In this document: piece after piece, positions 58,961-60,677 of the stretch
How positions within the stretch are numbered: the first letter of the stretch is position 1
How the letters are laid out: the number at the start of each line of letters is the position of its first letter
Source: an uncultured Thermoplasmata archaeon
GTDB lineage: Archaea > Thermoplasmatota > Thermoplasmata > Halarchaeoplasmatales > Halarchaeoplasmataceae
Length of the DNA stretch: 60,677 bases
Direction: 5' to 3'
Assembly: GCA_964486225.1 (NCBI GenBank)
Contig: CAZAMQ010000003.1
Span: forward strand, 1 to 60,677
The notes under the pieces: generated by a model
Databases searched by the model: none
Told to the model about the DNA's origin: nothing
What the model saw: only the letters and a program-made list of their open reading frames with translations
Program-made: the position numbers and the translations under genes

Positions 58961-60577
58961 TTAGAAATAGACGATATGTACTAGAGTGTATATGAGTAGC
59001 AAACCGAGGAGAACACCCGATAGAAAACTGGGTTTTCTGTCCCATCCCCTTCGGTTTACCTCAATGATAAAAAGGAATGCAAGAAGAGATTCGATCAACC
59101 CTTCAAGATAACGAGAGCTCATAAACAGTAAGATGGCTACAAAACCTAGGAACATTGCGAGCGATACAGGTAGGCCGTTCCACAGGTTATGGTAGACAAG
59201 AGAACGTTTCTCGGAGCCGATGAATCTTGTGGCAACAAAGATGGAGAAAAGAATTAGCCAGAGGGAGATTACCAAGGCCGTCATAATCCCGACAGCCATC
59301 TCCTTCATGAGCAATACAAAGAAGGCAATGATGAAAACCGAAACACCGAGAAGCATATCATCCAACCATCTTTCGTGGGCACACCATCTGAAACCACTAT
59401 CAATAAGAAATATGCTGGCAGGAACCCAATAGAGAGGTATCATACTACTCATGGCGACATCCGGGAAAATATACGATAAAAAACCGTATACAAAAAAGAT
59501 GGCACCTGTAACGAAAGGAATATGTTCGGTGTAGGGCGATTTTTGGCGAAGCATTACGAAAAAGGCAACCACAACGGAGGAAAGGACAAACAGGAACAGG
59601 TATATCTCGTCTGTCGGACTATATCCAATGTGAAAAAAATTTGAAAGGATGTATATCAGAATAATCAAATCTGCCAGTATGATAGTGGATAATACCTGTT
59701 CGATCGATTTTACGCTTTGTCTACTAGATGTATAGTATGCTGAAAAGGAAACACCGAGGAAAAAAATAAAAAAGGATGAAAAGCAAAGTGGAAAACTATC
59801 TAGATAATAGACACTCACAAACAGAAGTGGTGGATATGAAATCAACAATACGACAGCGGTCCAATATCTAAACGAAGTCTGGATAATTGTGGATCCTTCA
59901 ACACCTTCATATCTCTTATCGAATATATATGATTTGTATAAAACGATGAAGCCCAACATGAATATCATCGAAAAAAAGCATAGAAAAGGTGTATTATGTG
60001 TGACGGCTATCACCCATAGTACGACAGACGTCACTAACAGGATAAATATCTTCATTAATCCCCATAGAGAGTGACTTTGTTCTTTCTCGTTTGTGCTTAC
60101 TTCTAGAATTGAGTCCGACCAGTCGTCATCTTCGAATCGGATCTCTTCGTTTTCGTCATCTTCGAATCGGATCTCTTCGTTTGCTTCAAGATAGATGCTA
60201 AGAGGATTCTGTCCCGTTCGTTGACAAATTTCGGATAACGTGAGTATCTCATCCTTATCACCCTCTGTTACACGTAACTCACTTTCCATCAATCGCTCGT
60301 AGATAGCCTTGGAACTCTTTCTCCCGAGATCAGTAAGCATATATGTGTTCCTCCTGCGTTTGGCTCCGGTAACCTTTGATTTTCTGCAGCTGACCAAACC
60401 ATCGTCTACGAGTGGTATCAATGTCTGAGATATATGGGCACGGCTGACATCTACGACATTGGCTATCCCTTTCTGCGTAAGAGATTCGGGATATTCCATC
60501 CCCCAATCCGGTGCCCTTTCTAGGTAAAGATGAATGAGTGCCCTCTCTTTGACAGTGAGGTGCGGAAGGGATATCAT
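58961..60577 (-). CDS. Winged-HTH (MarR-like) domain fused to a polytopic membrane domain
   Basis: TQKGIA..VSRAHISQ.L..L..DGLV...RRNTY.LTD.G followed by roughly a dozen hydrophobic segments. Confidence 0.8.
   Translation of the reverse strand: MISLPHLTVKERALIHLYLERAPDWGMEYPESLTQKGIANVVDVSRAHISQTLIPLVDDGLVSCRKSKVTGAKRRRNTYMLTDLGRKSSKAIYERLMESELRVTEGDKDEILTLSEICQRTGQNPLSIYLEANEEIRFEDDENEEIRFEDDDWSDSILEVSTNEKEQSHSLWGLMKIFILLVTSVVLWVIAVTHNTPFLCFFSMIFMLGFIVLYKSYIFDKRYEGVEGSTIIQTSFRYWTAVVLLISYPPLLFVSVYYLDSFPLCFSSFFIFFLGVSFSAYYTSSRQSVKSIEQVLSTIILADLIILIYILSNFFHIGYSPTDEIYLFLFVLSSVVVAFFVMLRQKSPYTEHIPFVTGAIFFVYGFLSYIFPDVAMSSMIPLYWVPASIFLIDSGFRWCAHERWLDDMLLGVSVFIIAFFVLLMKEMAVGIMTALVISLWLILFSIFVATRFIGSEKRSLVYHNLWNGLPVSLAMFLGFVAILLFMSSRYLEGLIESLLAFLFIIEVNRRGWDRKPSFLSGVLLGLLLIYTLVHIVYF
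60123..60182. repeat. Perfect 30-bp tandem duplication, in frame (NEEIRFEDD x2)
   Basis: TCGTCATCTTCGAATCGGATCTCTTCGTTT at 60123-52 and 60153-82. Confidence 0.95.
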
Positions 60578-60677
60578 CGGCCGACTATAGTCCTCCTTTC
60601 TATATCGTTTTTTCCCTCACCGGAGCCTGTCAAAAGATTAGTGATTTTCGGTTTTTTGAAAATCACAAGAAAAAATG

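Noticed and set aside
1..60677. CRISPR array, rRNA, inteins, prophage or integrase
   Set aside because: No regularly spaced repeats, rRNA motifs, intein-sized insertions in MCM/DP1, or recombinase/viral ORFs were seen.

Overview
Archaeal chromosomal segment, most consistent with Thermoplasmatota/Euryarchaeota (inference from gene content). Core genes: PolD small subunit, MCM, eS1, methanogen-type SerRS, TiaS, Nop5, fibrillarin, NMD3, DRG GTPase, HypA/HypD, an intron-containing tRNA-Met and a box C/D guide RNA. Accessory content: a two-ATPase type IV pilus-like operon, an 1840-aa surface protein, MgtE/TrkA-C ion transport genes, a decayed IS481 and several pseudogenes. The strongest unexplained signal is an ~800-nt stretch (about 14980-15760) with no credible coding ORF, almost fully tiled by stem-loops, with a 10-bp 5'/3' closing helix and mostly + strand G-U pairs. 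It is a candidate large structured ncRNA of no class I recognise; a MITE is the alternative. Other candidates are a radical SAM plus flavoprotein-RRE pair beside a 22-aa peptide within a DUF116/UbiA/UbiB neighbourhood, a Rab-like GTPase near roadblock/V4R genes, and a duplicated tRNA 5' half. All pairings and motifs were read by eye; no database search or folding program was run.
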